Notes under the pieces: generated by a model
The model's database searches: none
Seen by the model: only the letters and a program-made list of their open reading frames with translations
What the model was told of the DNA's origin: nothing
Part shown: positions 1-10,464 of the stretch, piece after piece
How the letters are laid out: each line of letters starts with the position of its first letter
How positions within the stretch are numbered: the first letter of the stretch is position 1
Position numbers and translations under genes: made by a program
IMG/VR virus record: IMGVR_UViG_3300014205_000175
Span: 32,001-96,000 of that record
Source: a virus
Taxonomy: Duplodnaviria > Caudoviricetes
Strand: one strand, 5' to 3'
DNA: 64,000 bases

Positions 1-453
1 TCTGGTCGATATCTTTACCGTGTAACTGGTATCTTCATTCCACGGATCTAACGGTTCAGTCTTATTACCATAGGCATGGATGACGTGTTCCAAACGTCTG
101 ATATGGGGTTCGTGAAATATCGTGTCCCAATAGTAGGTCTCACTATCAGCAAAACGGTACAGTAGAACTGTTTCATTTTTGATGACGTCAGGTGCCGTAA
201 TGCGATTACTCTGACTCAACGGCAACCATCGAGCAGTAATCCATGCCCGGCCTTCTACTTTGGATTGACGTGTTACTCCTTGAGCATCGGGTAGAGATAC
301 ATCGTAAGTAGGCTTATAACGTATCAGTGGCATCTCTAGATTAGCAATATCCTCAATCGGTGTTACTGTAATATCCCAGCTACCGCTGAATTTATCCTCT
401 AACACTATGCCTAAAGAGTAGAACTTAAATTTACTCTGACGATCGGCTAGCAC
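1..453 (-). CDS. Baseplate central spike-like protein (phiKZ gp164-like), truncated by window edge
   Basis: Translated by hand from GTG at 453 (GGGGA RBS upstream): ...WITARWLPLSQSNRITAPDVIKNETVLLYRFADSETYYW..., open to position 1. Resembles the gpV/spike N-terminus and is syntenic with sbcC in phiKZ-like phages. Confidence 0.6.
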   Translation of the reverse strand, partial: MLADRQSKFKFYSLGIVLEDKFSGSWDITVTPIEDIANLEMPLIRYKPTYDVSLPDAQGVTRQSKVEGRAWITARWLPLSQSNRITAPDVIKNETVLLYRFADSETYYWDTIFHEPHIRRLEHVIHAYGNKTEPLDPWNEDTSYTVKISTR

Positions 454-468
454 TTTCTATATCCCCTA

Positions 469-1869
469 TTAACTTACAGTGATTACTTTATTTACCGCAC
501 TACCAGCAGGCACTACAACGTTATCGGCATTGATAACAACGATGTCGGCGTTTTTGAGGCTGCCGTAAGAGTGCTCGTGGTGCGACACCATGAAGATTTG
601 GCTGTAGTTACTTTGAGCGATCATTTTACTGATCGTATCGAAAGCCTTGGCACGGTGCGTGCTGTCCATGCTTTTACCAAACTCATCCATATAAATCGGT
701 GAATGATCCAACCCCAGATAACTCATCGACACGATTCTGAAAGCCAGATCGATGACTTCACGCATCCCAGAGCTACATTTACCGATATCTGGAATCACGG
801 TTTGGTGATTGACGTGCACTTCAAAACGGTAGTCAAGATCCACCCCGTCGTCAGATAAATCCAGCGGTAGAAGCTCAAAAGGATAAAGCCAGATCTGCCG
901 AATGATGCGATTGATTTTCTCCACGAAGCTATTGATAAACCCCGATAGCGATTTGGCAATCAGGCCGTCTTTAGGTGAGAGCTCGGCTACCATAGCGGTC
1001 AGAGCATGTTGACGCACCGATAGCTGTTCGATGTTCTTACGAATGTTCTCTACCACTGCAGCTTGGCTATTGGTGATACTCAGTTGCTGCTGCTTCTCAT
1101 TGAGAGATAGTTGGGCATGACGGATAAGATCAGCGTAGATCGATTGACGCAGACTGTTGAGTTCTCCGTGGTAAGACTGTTGATGCTGACCTAGGGCTTT
1201 TTCTAGCGCCGTAGCGTATTTTTGCACGATATCGTAGAACGTCGTAAACGTCTGGTATATCTGTAGCTGTGCGCGTTGTTGGCGGATATTGTACTGGCTC
1301 GCGATGAGTTGTTCGTCTAGTAGTTGTGATTGACTCTTGAGTTTTTGAATATCGAGTACCTGGTTCGAGGACCGTAGCGTTACGAGTTTTTCTAGATCTT
1401 TGAGATGCTCGTTATGCTTTTTCATCTCCAGTAGTACCGGTACGTCGTATTTGGCTTTTTCCAACACCGCGATTACTTCAGCTGGGTTATGGATGACGAT
1501 CTCACCCGTATCGATATGACGCCACACGGCAGCTAGAATCGGCATCTGGTCGCGAGTTTTGACATAGATGCGATAGCGAGTGAAATACTCTTCGATTGCA
1601 GCGGCTTTAGTCTCGGCAGCCTCAATGCGTTTTTTCACCTCGTTAATACCGGTTACAACGACTGCGAGTTGTTGCTCGCCAGCATGGTATTGTTTATCGT
1701 CGTAACCTGGCACCCATGCATGACGACATTCAGGACAATTGATCTGGTTGTGTGATTTCAGATGTGCTAGGCGCGTGATGACTCCGGATAACTGAGCGTG
1801 CTTGGTCTCTTCAATCACAAGTACACGGCGATCGACGCTAAGCTGTTCTTTGAGCTCTTCGTAACGTGC
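469..1869 (-). CDS. sbcC: SbcC/Rad50-like ATPase, C-terminal half (phiKZ gp165-like)
   Basis: Zinc hook CPEC, coiled coil, ABC signature CSSG, Walker B IYMDE and H-loop VSHH. The frame stays open upstream to about 1869 (ARYEELKEQLSVDRRVL). Confidence 0.85.
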   Translation of the reverse strand, partial: ARYEELKEQLSVDRRVLVIEETKHAQLSGVITRLAHLKSHNQINCPECRHAWVPGYDDKQYHAGEQQLAVVVTGINEVKKRIEAAETKAAAIEEYFTRYRIYVKTRDQMPILAAVWRHIDTGEIVIHNPAEVIAVLEKAKYDVPVLLEMKKHNEHLKDLEKLVTLRSSNQVLDIQKLKSQSQLLDEQLIASQYNIRQQRAQLQIYQTFTTFYDIVQKYATALEKALGQHQQSYHGELNSLRQSIYADLIRHAQLSLNEKQQQLSITNSQAAVVENIRKNIEQLSVRQHALTAMVAELSPKDGLIAKSLSGFINSFVEKINRIIRQIWLYPFELLPLDLSDDGVDLDYRFEVHVNHQTVIPDIGKCSSGMREVIDLAFRIVSMSYLGLDHSPIYMDEFGKSMDSTHRAKAFDTISKMIAQSNYSQIFMVSHHEHSYGSLKNADIVVINADNVVVPAGSAVNKVITVS

Positions 1870-2948
1870 TTACTAAAGAGTCGTTCGGTATTAGCCGGCA
1901 GATCTTTGAGCGCGTCATAAAGGCTATCATACGCCAGTTCGATAGCAGCACCGATCGTTACCGGGTCTTCTTGGACATTAAGATAGACGAGACGCTCGGT
2001 CAGATGATGAATCTGCTGACGTAGCGATGAAATCTGCTGATCGAGATTCTCTAGTTCGGTAGTAGAGACCTTTTCGACGTTACCGATCAAGGATTGGAGC
2101 TCTTCCAAGCGTTCGATGGTTTGCTTATAACGGTCTTGCTCGATCGCGATCTGATGTTCAGTGCGACTGATTAACTCAGGCAGCTTGATTGGCGAAGGGA
2201 TGTGGTGCGTGTATTCCAGACTTCGTAGCGCGGTCTTTAAGCCGTAGAGATCAACACTGAGTTGTTCATTGACTTGCTGTGTCGTTAACGGCGCGGTATT
2301 GTTATACGCAGCTTTGAGTTCCAGTAGTTGGTCGATAAAAGTTTTTGTCTCCGTCACTTCTTTTTTCAAAGCTTCGACAGCTATTTCATCGAGCAGCTTA
2401 GCCGATTCGGTAACGAGTAAGCTTTGCTGAAACTTCAGTGCTCCATCCGCATCACGTAGCTTTGTACGTAGATCCTGATACAGAGCTAGCGCGAAGTTAA
2501 AGTTGATGTTCGAGAGCCGCGTAAACCATTCACGCCGTGTTGCAACACTCATCGTCGAGAAAGCTGTCAGTCCCACCATAATGTCATGAACATCAGGAGT
2601 GATGTTAAAGTGACTGGCGACCAGCTCTTTTTGTACTTGCGCAGTCCCTCCTGAATTAAGCTCTTCTCCGTCTACAACAAAGCTATGCTTGGCACCACTA
2701 CCGAAAGCACTGGTGAGACGATACTGACGGCCACCTTGTTCGATAGTAACGATCTTATAACCGCCGGGTTTAAAATCAGCACTCACAGCCGGCAGCGGCG
2801 AGAGTTCACGCATCAGTGACGATTTACCGCAGCCATTAGTGCCTAGGATCAGCTGAATTTTATGTTCTGGCGTGTATTTGAAAACGTCATATTGAGTCAG
2901 AGCAAATCGTCTATAACCAGCTAGTTCAATAGCGATAATACGCATCAC
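1815..2948 (-). CDS. sbcC: SbcC/Rad50-like ATPase, N-terminal half
   Basis: MRIIAIELAGYRRF start, Walker A GTNGCGKS, then coiled coil. Appears frameshifted near 1870. Confidence 0.85.
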   Translation of the reverse strand: MMRIIAIELAGYRRFALTQYDVFKYTPEHKIQLILGTNGCGKSSLMRELSPLPAVSADFKPGGYKIVTIEQGGRQYRLTSAFGSGAKHSFVVDGEELNSGGTAQVQKELVASHFNITPDVHDIMVGLTAFSTMSVATRREWFTRLSNINFNFALALYQDLRTKLRDADGALKFQQSLLVTESAKLLDEIAVEALKKEVTETKTFIDQLLELKAAYNNTAPLTTQQVNEQLSVDLYGLKTALRSLEYTHHIPSPIKLPELISRTEHQIAIEQDRYKQTIERLEELQSLIGNVEKVSTTELENLDQQISSLRQQIHHLTERLVYLNVQEDPVTIGAAIELAYDSLYDALKDLPANTERLFSKHVTKSSKNSLASIAVYL

Positions 2949-3056
2949 GACACCTCTTATATTAAAGATTCCTAGTCACACTATGTTTCACGGCTTCGAT
3001 TTTTACCCCACGCACCACCCACCATTACGGCAGGCGATGGGTGGAGTGAGGTAACG

Positions 3057-3863
3057 TTAAAGCCAAATCGGTCGATCTTGCCAGTCACGTGTAGCTACTG
3101 CTACACCGCCTTGCATAATGCCGTAGAGATAATAGTCGATAGCCGTAGTAGCTATGATAGGTTGATAAGGAGAAGGATCACCGGCGTCGATATAACCGTT
3201 GATACCCGGTGAAACACTGTTGAATGAAGATAGAACGAAACCATTACCGGCATGATAACTTGCCAGCAGTGCCCCTTCTAGCCGACCTAGCAAGGAACGC
3301 AGATGACGATTTTCTTCTTCAAGCACCGCATTGTGTGCGCGATCGCTGTAAATGAATACTTTAAGATTACTGCGATTGACAAGATTGGTCTCATGCAGTT
3401 CATCGGAAACAAGACGACTACTACCGACGCTGAGCATTTTAAGCTCTGGCACTACACCGAGCATGTTTTGCGTAAGACTAGAAATCTGGGTCTGCAGCGT
3501 CGAAAGATCCGTATCGGCAGGTAATAGCGGAAGTCCGATACCTAGCATGTACTGCTGGTAAAGTACTCCTCCGGCCGACGGGAACTCCGTAATATAGCTA
3601 GTTGGCACATATTTCCAAATCCCGTCACTGCTTTGTAACGAGACGATGTAAACACCTGCAGCTAGATCACGCGCATAATCTTCACCGGTTAGACCAATGG
3701 CGAGATAAATCGTATTAAGAGGATCAGATTGCTGAGCGATGAGTTCATTGAAAGAACGAATGGTGTGACAGGTATAAACCGTCTGTGGGGCCAGGTATGC
3801 GTCCAAGGGCGGTTTTAACGTCCACAACCCACTCATCCCTACTGACGGGATAAACTGATCCAT
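3057..3863 (-). CDS. Conserved phiKZ-like hypothetical/virion protein
   Basis: 268-aa ORF overlapping the stop of the upstream virion gene. Confidence 0.6.
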   Translation of the reverse strand: MDQFIPSVGMSGLWTLKPPLDAYLAPQTVYTCHTIRSFNELIAQQSDPLNTIYLAIGLTGEDYARDLAAGVYIVSLQSSDGIWKYVPTSYITEFPSAGGVLYQQYMLGIGLPLLPADTDLSTLQTQISSLTQNMLGVVPELKMLSVGSSRLVSDELHETNLVNRSNLKVFIYSDRAHNAVLEEENRHLRSLLGRLEGALLASYHAGNGFVLSSFNSVSPGINGYIDAGDPSPYQPIIATTAIDYYLYGIMQGGVAVATRDWQDRPIWL

Positions 3864-5158
3864 TACAAGCCCCCTAGCGTCGTTTTAGGCACTATGACGA
3901 AGTTGATGTTGTCGATGATACGCGATAGATAAATTTTATTCGACCGTCGGATGCGTTTCATCGTTTTCGGAATGAAACTATAGCGCGTCATCTTCTCAGC
4001 CACCAGCAACATCTCTTCGAGCTTATAGACGAGCTCTTGAGTTTTGATAGTCATGCGATTAAAGTCTAGCGACACACTTGGAATTGGCATGTAATCAGCA
4101 TAGAGGTCACTGAATACTTTGCGTCCGTCAATATTAAACTGACCGTTGATGATTTCCAACATTAGCGATTTATATGCACACGGCACTAGACAGATATTTT
4201 GTCGGGTGTGGATGGTGGTGTAAAAATCGATATGTTGTAGCGCAAAGCTAATCGCTTCATTAGGTTCAATCAAAGAACTGTAGAGACCGGTTTGCGTGAG
4301 CATATTCGGTGCAGCGATTTTGTCCCAGCGTGGCAGGACGATGAATTCGGTGCGTTTGAATATTTCAGGATAAATCGCTTCCCATTGACTACGAGTGTGG
4401 CTGGTATGCTGAAGGATATAGTCGATGATTGCGTCTTTGATACTATCGATGTTATCACCAGCATCACCGTAGATCAGAATCGGCCATAGGGTTTCGATTC
4501 GGCGTGTAGGGTTGGTCGGATCGATACGATCAAAACGATAGACTCGCGTATAGGTTTCAGGACGTGATTGTTTGGCATCTTCAGCACGCCGCATCAGTAG
4601 ATCGACCGGCTCTTCAACAATCAGATTGGCAACGGTATTAAACGGATAAAGAAGCGCGTCGATGTGAGGCAGTGGTGGCACAACAATGATATTGTAACCG
4701 TCGTATTGCTGGCGAAATGCTTCATCACATAACCAGATATAGAATTGATTACCGGTGGCGGCTTCGACGTATGAGATCCATTGCGGCAGACTTTTACCGT
4801 TTTGCGTCATGACATCACCTACTTCGAGCTGGGCGATCTGGTTCGGTAGCTCAGTGTAGAGATAGACACGTAAGTTGTCATGCGAATAAGGCGGTAGGCG
4901 CGAGCCATAATAAGCCATCAACGCCTGCATCACTCGCATCGTAAAAGTCACACTGGCTGCAGGCAGCACCTGCTCAGCACCTTGTTCATCAGCACAGAGA
5001 AAAGTTATCAGGTCATAATTTGGATAATCTTTGTTTTGATAAAAACCTTTCTCGAACGAATAGGTGTATCCTAATGCCGATAACTCCCCGATCACTGATG
5101 TATGTCCGGGGACGTTAGACAATAGCGAATGTACGTTTATAAAACCTTTAACAATCAT
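3863..5158 (-). CDS. Virion structural protein (phiKZ gp157-like)
   Basis: 431-aa ORF with GGGAG RBS. N-terminal IGELS motif and position beside RNase H match phiKZ-like phages. Confidence 0.6.
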   Translation of the reverse strand: MIVKGFINVHSLLSNVPGHTSVIGELSALGYTYSFEKGFYQNKDYPNYDLITFLCADEQGAEQVLPAASVTFTMRVMQALMAYYGSRLPPYSHDNLRVYLYTELPNQIAQLEVGDVMTQNGKSLPQWISYVEAATGNQFYIWLCDEAFRQQYDGYNIIVVPPLPHIDALLYPFNTVANLIVEEPVDLLMRRAEDAKQSRPETYTRVYRFDRIDPTNPTRRIETLWPILIYGDAGDNIDSIKDAIIDYILQHTSHTRSQWEAIYPEIFKRTEFIVLPRWDKIAAPNMLTQTGLYSSLIEPNEAISFALQHIDFYTTIHTRQNICLVPCAYKSLMLEIINGQFNIDGRKVFSDLYADYMPIPSVSLDFNRMTIKTQELVYKLEEMLLVAEKMTRYSFIPKTMKRIRRSNKIYLSRIIDNINFVIVPKTTLGGL

Positions 5159-5234
5159 CGCGGTACTCCCTTCCTAAATCTAAATGCCGTGAGGCTCCAC
5201 ATAATACCAACTACGTAACACTCTAGGAGCATGT

Positions 5235-5525
5235 ATGAATTTCCAAATATTTTTAATCATATTTAGCTTCATGCGTGAGCTATTCTTTGATAAGAAAGAA
5301 GAAGCCGATTTTAAAAGTAAGCATTTTAAGCCCAAGCGCTGGATTGCTTTCTTCTTCACAGTGATAACTTTTAGTGCCAGTATTTTCATGAGCATGCGTC
5401 TTGTACAACTAGCTAAAGACTATACTGCCCTCAAAGCGAGTGTCAGCGATTGTGTTGTCAGTGAGGTAAAAAAGCCGGTACTAGTAACATCGGATGACTC
5501 AAGCCCTAAGGTAAAAATAAAATGA
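5235..5525 (+). CDS. Small membrane protein
   Basis: AGGAG RBS, hydrophobic segment WIAFFFTVITFSASIFMSM, overlaps the RNase H start. Confidence 0.6.
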   Translation: MNFQIFLIIFSFMRELFFDKKEEADFKSKHFKPKRWIAFFFTVITFSASIFMSMRLVQLAKDYTALKASVSDCVVSEVKKPVLVTSDDSSPKVKIK

Positions 5526-6937
5526 CTAATCGTATTGTTATCTACATCGACGGCTCCTCTCGTCCGAACCCTGGTAAATCAGGGTGGGGAGCTCACGGTT
5601 ATAAATACTGTAAACCTTCAGTTAACCCACGCCGGCTCGATGACTACTACATCACCAGCGTGGGTTACTTGGATAAGCAACAATACGCCAAGCACCAAGA
5701 ATGCGTTGAACCGACGGAATTCTATGATTTTTGTGTCTTCGAGGATCAGTGCGAGACCAACAATGCGGCTGAACTATTCGCTCTTTATCGCACGCTCGAT
5801 TATTTCAAAAGCCATGAGCTAGAGCAGATCACTATCTATACCGATAGCGAATATGTCAGAAAAGGGTTAACCGAATACACTACCGTATGGATTAAGAACA
5901 ATTGGCGACGCGCTGATGGTCGCGAGATTCTCCATAGCTCGATATGGAAAGAGATTCTAGCCCATAAAGCTGCCTATGAAGCACGCGGCATCGTCGTCAA
6001 CCTTGAATGGGTCAAAGGTCATGCAGGAACCTATGGAAATATTTTAGCAGATCGTTTGGCATCTATCGCAGCACTTAAAGGTTACAGCCAGTTAGAATAT
6101 AGTGATTATGGACTGAGTCCGGCAGCGGGCTATGGTAAGGCTACGGTAGAGCGTCACCCATTCATCTGCTTTAAGCGACTGTATTTTAGCAGCTCTAGCG
6201 AAATCAGTGATGTCGGTAGGTACTTTATCGCTGAGCCCGGTGATGACTCCGACATCGGGCGTCGGATGAGTGAAGCTACGTATTCAGTTATCGCCAGCCA
6301 GATCAGTGATCCGGTACTGGAAGCGATCAAAGAAAAACAGCGTAGCGTCTCACGCGATCTTACTCGTACTGTCATGGTAAGACTCGATCGTGCTTACGAT
6401 AAAGATATCTATCCATACATCAGCCGGTATGGTAGTGATTGTCTCATCTCAACGGGTGACTATCGTGCTAATCTTAATTTTATCGATAGTCGTAACGTCA
6501 CCTCTGAGATGGTGCCAGCGGGCTTGTCGCTGAAGGCGATGGAGACATTTGCATTACTAGAGACACTATTGTGTCAGTATAGCCAGCAACAACTCTCTAG
6601 TGAATATCAAACCATCGACATCACTGATAGGTTTTATGATGTCACCGGCAGCAAAAGAGCTCTAAAGCCGGAATTTATCGTTGGCTTCAAAGATTTATCG
6701 CTGGCAGTTGAAATTCAACACAATGGCCAGACGCGCAGCATCTCAGTACCCTTATCACTCGGTGGTGACTTACTACCACGTAACAATCTCAAACGTATTG
6801 AAACCATGCAGCCTCAGATCACACTGTTGATTTGGGAAGAATCTTACAATGTTTACCGGTACGCCTGCGCGATTCAGGTTGAAGATGCATTGGGTATCTG
6901 GTCTAACTATTATTCGAACCGCATTTTGTTGGTTTAA
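5522..6937 (+). CDS. Ribonuclease HI with long C-terminal extension (phiKZ gp155-like)
   Basis: IYIDGSSRPNPG, TNNAAEL, YTDSEYV, WVKGHAG and GNILADRLA motifs give the full D-E-D-D set. Confidence 0.93.
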   Translation: MTNRIVIYIDGSSRPNPGKSGWGAHGYKYCKPSVNPRRLDDYYITSVGYLDKQQYAKHQECVEPTEFYDFCVFEDQCETNNAAELFALYRTLDYFKSHELEQITIYTDSEYVRKGLTEYTTVWIKNNWRRADGREILHSSIWKEILAHKAAYEARGIVVNLEWVKGHAGTYGNILADRLASIAALKGYSQLEYSDYGLSPAAGYGKATVERHPFICFKRLYFSSSSEISDVGRYFIAEPGDDSDIGRRMSEATYSVIASQISDPVLEAIKEKQRSVSRDLTRTVMVRLDRAYDKDIYPYISRYGSDCLISTGDYRANLNFIDSRNVTSEMVPAGLSLKAMETFALLETLLCQYSQQQLSSEYQTIDITDRFYDVTGSKRALKPEFIVGFKDLSLAVEIQHNGQTRSISVPLSLGGDLLPRNNLKRIETMQPQITLLIWEESYNVYRYACAIQVEDALGIWSNYYSNRILLV

Positions 6938-7046
6938 ATACTTGATCGTGAGGTAGTGACGGCAGAGATCGATAATGGTCTCTATGGGGTTGTTCAACTT
7001 AACATGCAGTAGAATATCTGGCTGTATGTAGCTCTGGAGTGTCGCG

Positions 7047-7517
7047 ATGTCTAACATTTGGTTACGCCGAATGGTAGCACAAAAGTGTTCAACAATGTCT
7101 TGGCCACGCGCGAGGTGGCATCGGTTCTTATCCGATTTTCTTCCTACGCGAATCAAAAGACTGGTGTTTATCTCTTCAGTTTACGGTTACCTGAAAAACG
7201 ATGAGGTGGTGAGCGATGAGGTTCTGAAAAAACTAAATGTCGTATTGAGTCTGTCCAAAGATGATCAAGCCATCAAATTGCCACTGGTGATTAAAGACAT
7301 CGTATGGAAAGATTTGAGCCAGTCCTATTTTCTTGATAGTGTGCCGGTGGGGTATGAAGTCATGCAATCGCGTGAATACATCGGTGCTCTGATTAAAAGA
7401 AATCGTCTTGATGAGGCTATCACTACGCTGATAGATTGCGCGCCATGTTGGACTCTTTACGGGAGTAAAACCGATATTAGTTTTGATCTCAAAGTACTTA
7501 TCAGAAATTTCGCGTGA
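7047..7517 (+). CDS. Hypothetical protein
   Basis: 156-aa ORF with GGAG RBS, followed by a hairpin. Confidence 0.55.
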   Translation: MSNIWLRRMVAQKCSTMSWPRARWHRFLSDFLPTRIKRLVFISSVYGYLKNDEVVSDEVLKKLNVVLSLSKDDQAIKLPLVIKDIVWKDLSQSYFLDSVPVGYEVMQSREYIGALIKRNRLDEAITTLIDCAPCWTLYGSKTDISFDLKVLIRNFA

Positions 7518-7520
7518 CTT

Positions 7521-7562
7521 GAGTCCTTCCCTGCCGTCCGTAGTGGAGGCAGGGAAGGACTC
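7521..7562. terminator. Hairpin between convergent genes
   Basis: 15-bp perfect inverted repeat GAGTCCTTCCCTGCC...GGCAGGGAAGGACTC. Confidence 0.75.
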
Positions 7563-7570
7563 TGTATGGA

Positions 7571-8410
7571 CTAGGCTTTGACAATATGTTCGAGCAGATC
7601 ATTGTAACACTTCAGAAACACTGTCGTGTCATAATAGAGCATGCTCACCAGTTCAACATAACGCGCCGTTTCATACAACCCGGCACTAACTGTCTTGGCT
7701 ACAGCTGGCGTGATCGCTTTGACATCGGTGTCATTAAGCTGAGCTACTAGCATCGTCACGAGATCAGTGGTTTCTTGCGTCTGAGATTTAATCTCATTCA
7801 GTCGGTAACGAGCGATTGATTTACCGATAGTCGCAACATGTTCACGCATCGTATTGATGTCAGCAAAGCGATATAGAACATTACGAATTGCCTGTTTAGC
7901 TACCCCATTTTCCTCTGGGAAAAATAGCTGCAGATCACGCAAAATAGTTTCACGCTCTTGACCAGCTTCATGATACATGCGACTGACATCTTTGGTCGAG
8001 GTGTGTTGCTCGCGATTGGTTACGAGCACTGAGAGATAGCTATTGATATGTGCTAGCAATAGCACGATGCGATCATGCGCGATATTGAGCGAACGAGCTA
8101 GCGAAACTGCATAGTCGAGATAATGTCCAGAAAAATTCTCCGGTACACTGACGAGCGCTTCACCGTAGATGAGAAAATCTAGATGCTGTGCCTTGTAGTG
8201 AGCGCGCGGGGTAAATTTAAAAATTTCATTACAGTGCGAGGGTTGCTGCGTGTCGCCGAACAGATTTTTCAGACTGCCGAGCTCAGCGATAAAACTCGGT
8301 AGCGACTGACTGAGCATTTTTTTCATATCAGCCAAAAAACCGGCTTCTAGGGCAATACGTTCAACGTGACGTAGGGTGCTACGATTGGCAGCCAGTAAAG
8401 AGGGATGCAT
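7571..8410 (-). CDS. Putative internal head protein (phiKZ gp153-like)
   Basis: Likely start MHPSLL at 8410 (AGGAG upstream). N-terminal IALE|A prohead-protease-type site; sits next to uvsX. Confidence 0.55.
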   Translation of the reverse strand: MHPSLLAANRSTLRHVERIALEAGFLADMKKMLSQSLPSFIAELGSLKNLFGDTQQPSHCNEIFKFTPRAHYKAQHLDFLIYGEALVSVPENFSGHYLDYAVSLARSLNIAHDRIVLLLAHINSYLSVLVTNREQHTSTKDVSRMYHEAGQERETILRDLQLFFPEENGVAKQAIRNVLYRFADINTMREHVATIGKSIARYRLNEIKSQTQETTDLVTMLVAQLNDTDVKAITPAVAKTVSAGLYETARYVELVSMLYYDTTVFLKCYNDLLEHIVKA

Positions 8411-8492
8411 GAGGGGTCTCCTGAAAATTACGCACTCAAAAGATATGCCTAACACTACTGCGCTGGGATCGGAATAGAAATGGTTATGATGA

Positions 8493-8507
8493 CATATATA
8501 ATACATG
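8493..8507 (+). promoter_or_regulatory. Early-promoter-like motif CATATATAATACATG
   Basis: One of 8 intergenic copies; resembles the phiKZ early TATATTAC core. Confidence 0.65.
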
Positions 8508-8537
8508 AAGTACCACCATATCCTTTTGGAGACCGTG

Positions 8538-8867
8538 ATGATCAATAAAAATTGCATGCGTATCGTATTCGACAGTGAAAGACTGCATCTGTTGCGAGCT
8601 GAAGTTGTGGGATGTTTTTTCAAATATCTGAATCTCCCTATGGATGTTATCGTATTCGGCTATGTTGATAACTCTTATGAGCGCATCGAGCTAGGTACAA
8701 TTAGTGATGTAGGGATGCAGATCCGCATCGCTTCAATCGATGATGCTCGCTGCGAGCTCCTTGTAACTAGTAACGAAGAGCTTTATTGTTTCGTACGCCT
8801 ACTGCGTAAACATACTGGCGCATGGATCGATGCTCTAGATGAATTCACGCTATCACACCGGGCGTAA
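8538..8867 (+). CDS. Hypothetical protein
   Basis: ORF behind the promoter motif; GGAG RBS favours the ATG at 8538. Confidence 0.5.
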   Translation: MINKNCMRIVFDSERLHLLRAEVVGCFFKYLNLPMDVIVFGYVDNSYERIELGTISDVGMQIRIASIDDARCELLVTSNEELYCFVRLLRKHTGAWIDALDEFTLSHRA

Positions 8868-8966
8868 ATTGCCATAACAGACCCTGTCATACTAAAAAAC
8901 GGGGTCTTTTTTTCCAGACATGCATCATGTTCTGGCTAAAAGTAACAACATCCAAGGGAGTTTTTA

Positions 8967-10403
8967 ATGTTGCGCCCAGAATTCAAAGAATCACAGAACG
9001 TTAAGATCATGGTCAACATCGGGGCATTGCTCGATATCCCGACTGGTTATTATCTGAAAGGTCGCCACGGCGAGTCTATTCTCAATGGCGGTCTAGGTAT
9101 GCTCACCGGCGTGACGGGACTCGGTAATAACTTCAAATCTACGCTCATGCATTACATGATGCTCTCGGCAGCAGCGAAGGTCACTGAAGTCACCGACACC
9201 TACATGAATACCTACGACACCGAGATCAACATTCACGAAAACCGCCTGTTGGCTTTTTCGAAAACTTTCGATGTTTTCAAAGAACGTAACATCATCGCCG
9301 AACATATGTGGTCGATTACTGATAAGGCGGTGTATTACGGCAATGAATGGTACGAGGTACTGAAGTCCTATCTCAAGGAGAAAAAGAAAGCTGGTGAGAA
9401 GCTAGAACGGGAAACGCCATTCTTGATGCGAGATGGGAAAGCGCTTTTACGCACTACGGTGCCTACGTTCGGCGAGATCGATAGTTTTACGGAGTTTGAC
9501 ACGGAAGACATTGCACGTATTCAAGACGAGAATGAACTCGGTGATTCGGGCGGCAACACTATTCACATGCGTCAAGGGCTAGCTAAGCTACGCATGCTAA
9601 TGGAGCTACCGACACTATGTGGTGCGGTTAATCACTTCATGCTACTCTCGGCGCACTTCGGTAAAGATCTCGCGATTCAAGCCGGTCCATATGCGGCCCC
9701 GCCGTCGAAAAAACTCCAGCACCTTAAAGTCGGTGATAAAATCAAAGGGGTTACGGATAAGTTTCACTTTCTCACCAACAACTTCTGGCAGGTGTATAAC
9801 GCTTCGCCGCTACTGAACGACACGAGCAAAGGTCCGGAGTATCCGGTTAATTCCGGTGACCCGCAGCCAGGCAACATGGATCTGAACGTTGTCACAGTGA
9901 AGCTCTTACGCAGTAAATCCGGCCCGTCGGGCGCGACTTTCGAAATCGTCGTCTCGCAGTCCGAAGGAGTGCTGCCGAGCCTCACTGAGTTTCACTACAT
10001 CAAGTCGCAGAAGCGTTATGGTTTGGAGGGCAGTTTGCAAAACTTCCATCTCGACCTCTATCCTGATGCTAATCTCACGCGACCGACGATACGCTCAAAG
10101 ATCAAAGCTGACCGTAGACTACAGCGAGCACTGAACATCACTGCTGAGCTCTGCCAAATCACCAACGTGTGGCGTCATCTGGAATCCGATATTGTATGTA
10201 CGCCCAAAGAGCTTTATGAGGACTTGAAGAAACTCGGCTACGACTGGGATATATTGTTGACTACGCGAGGGTATTGGACGTTTGATAACGATAAACACCC
10301 GGTGCCGTATCTGTCGACAATGGACATGCTTAACATGCGGATCGGTAAGTATTTCCCGTACTGGATGAACGAAGACAAAACCATCAAACCCGGTTATTTC
10401 TAA
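8967..10403 (+). CDS. uvsX: UvsX/RecA-like recombinase (phiKZ gp152-like)
   Basis: Variant Walker A GLGNNFKST, YDTE, Walker B EIDS and RSKSGPSG motifs. Confidence 0.85.
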   Translation: MLRPEFKESQNVKIMVNIGALLDIPTGYYLKGRHGESILNGGLGMLTGVTGLGNNFKSTLMHYMMLSAAAKVTEVTDTYMNTYDTEINIHENRLLAFSKTFDVFKERNIIAEHMWSITDKAVYYGNEWYEVLKSYLKEKKKAGEKLERETPFLMRDGKALLRTTVPTFGEIDSFTEFDTEDIARIQDENELGDSGGNTIHMRQGLAKLRMLMELPTLCGAVNHFMLLSAHFGKDLAIQAGPYAAPPSKKLQHLKVGDKIKGVTDKFHFLTNNFWQVYNASPLLNDTSKGPEYPVNSGDPQPGNMDLNVVTVKLLRSKSGPSGATFEIVVSQSEGVLPSLTEFHYIKSQKRYGLEGSLQNFHLDLYPDANLTRPTIRSKIKADRRLQRALNITAELCQITNVWRHLESDIVCTPKELYEDLKKLGYDWDILLTTRGYWTFDNDKHPVPYLSTMDMLNMRIGKYFPYWMNEDKTIKPGYF

Positions 10404-10411
10404 CCACCCAG

Positions 10412-10450
10412 GACAGCCTTCTCCCTACCCGGAGGCTGTCTCTTTTTTTT
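10412..10450 (+). terminator. Intrinsic terminator
   Basis: GACAGCC...GGCTGTC stem followed by a T-run. Confidence 0.65.
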
Positions 10451-10464
10451 GAGGCTTTTTAAAA

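Noticed and set aside
5235-5525. Holin or spanin call
   Set aside because: It has a hydrophobic segment but no adjacent endolysin and no lipobox partner.
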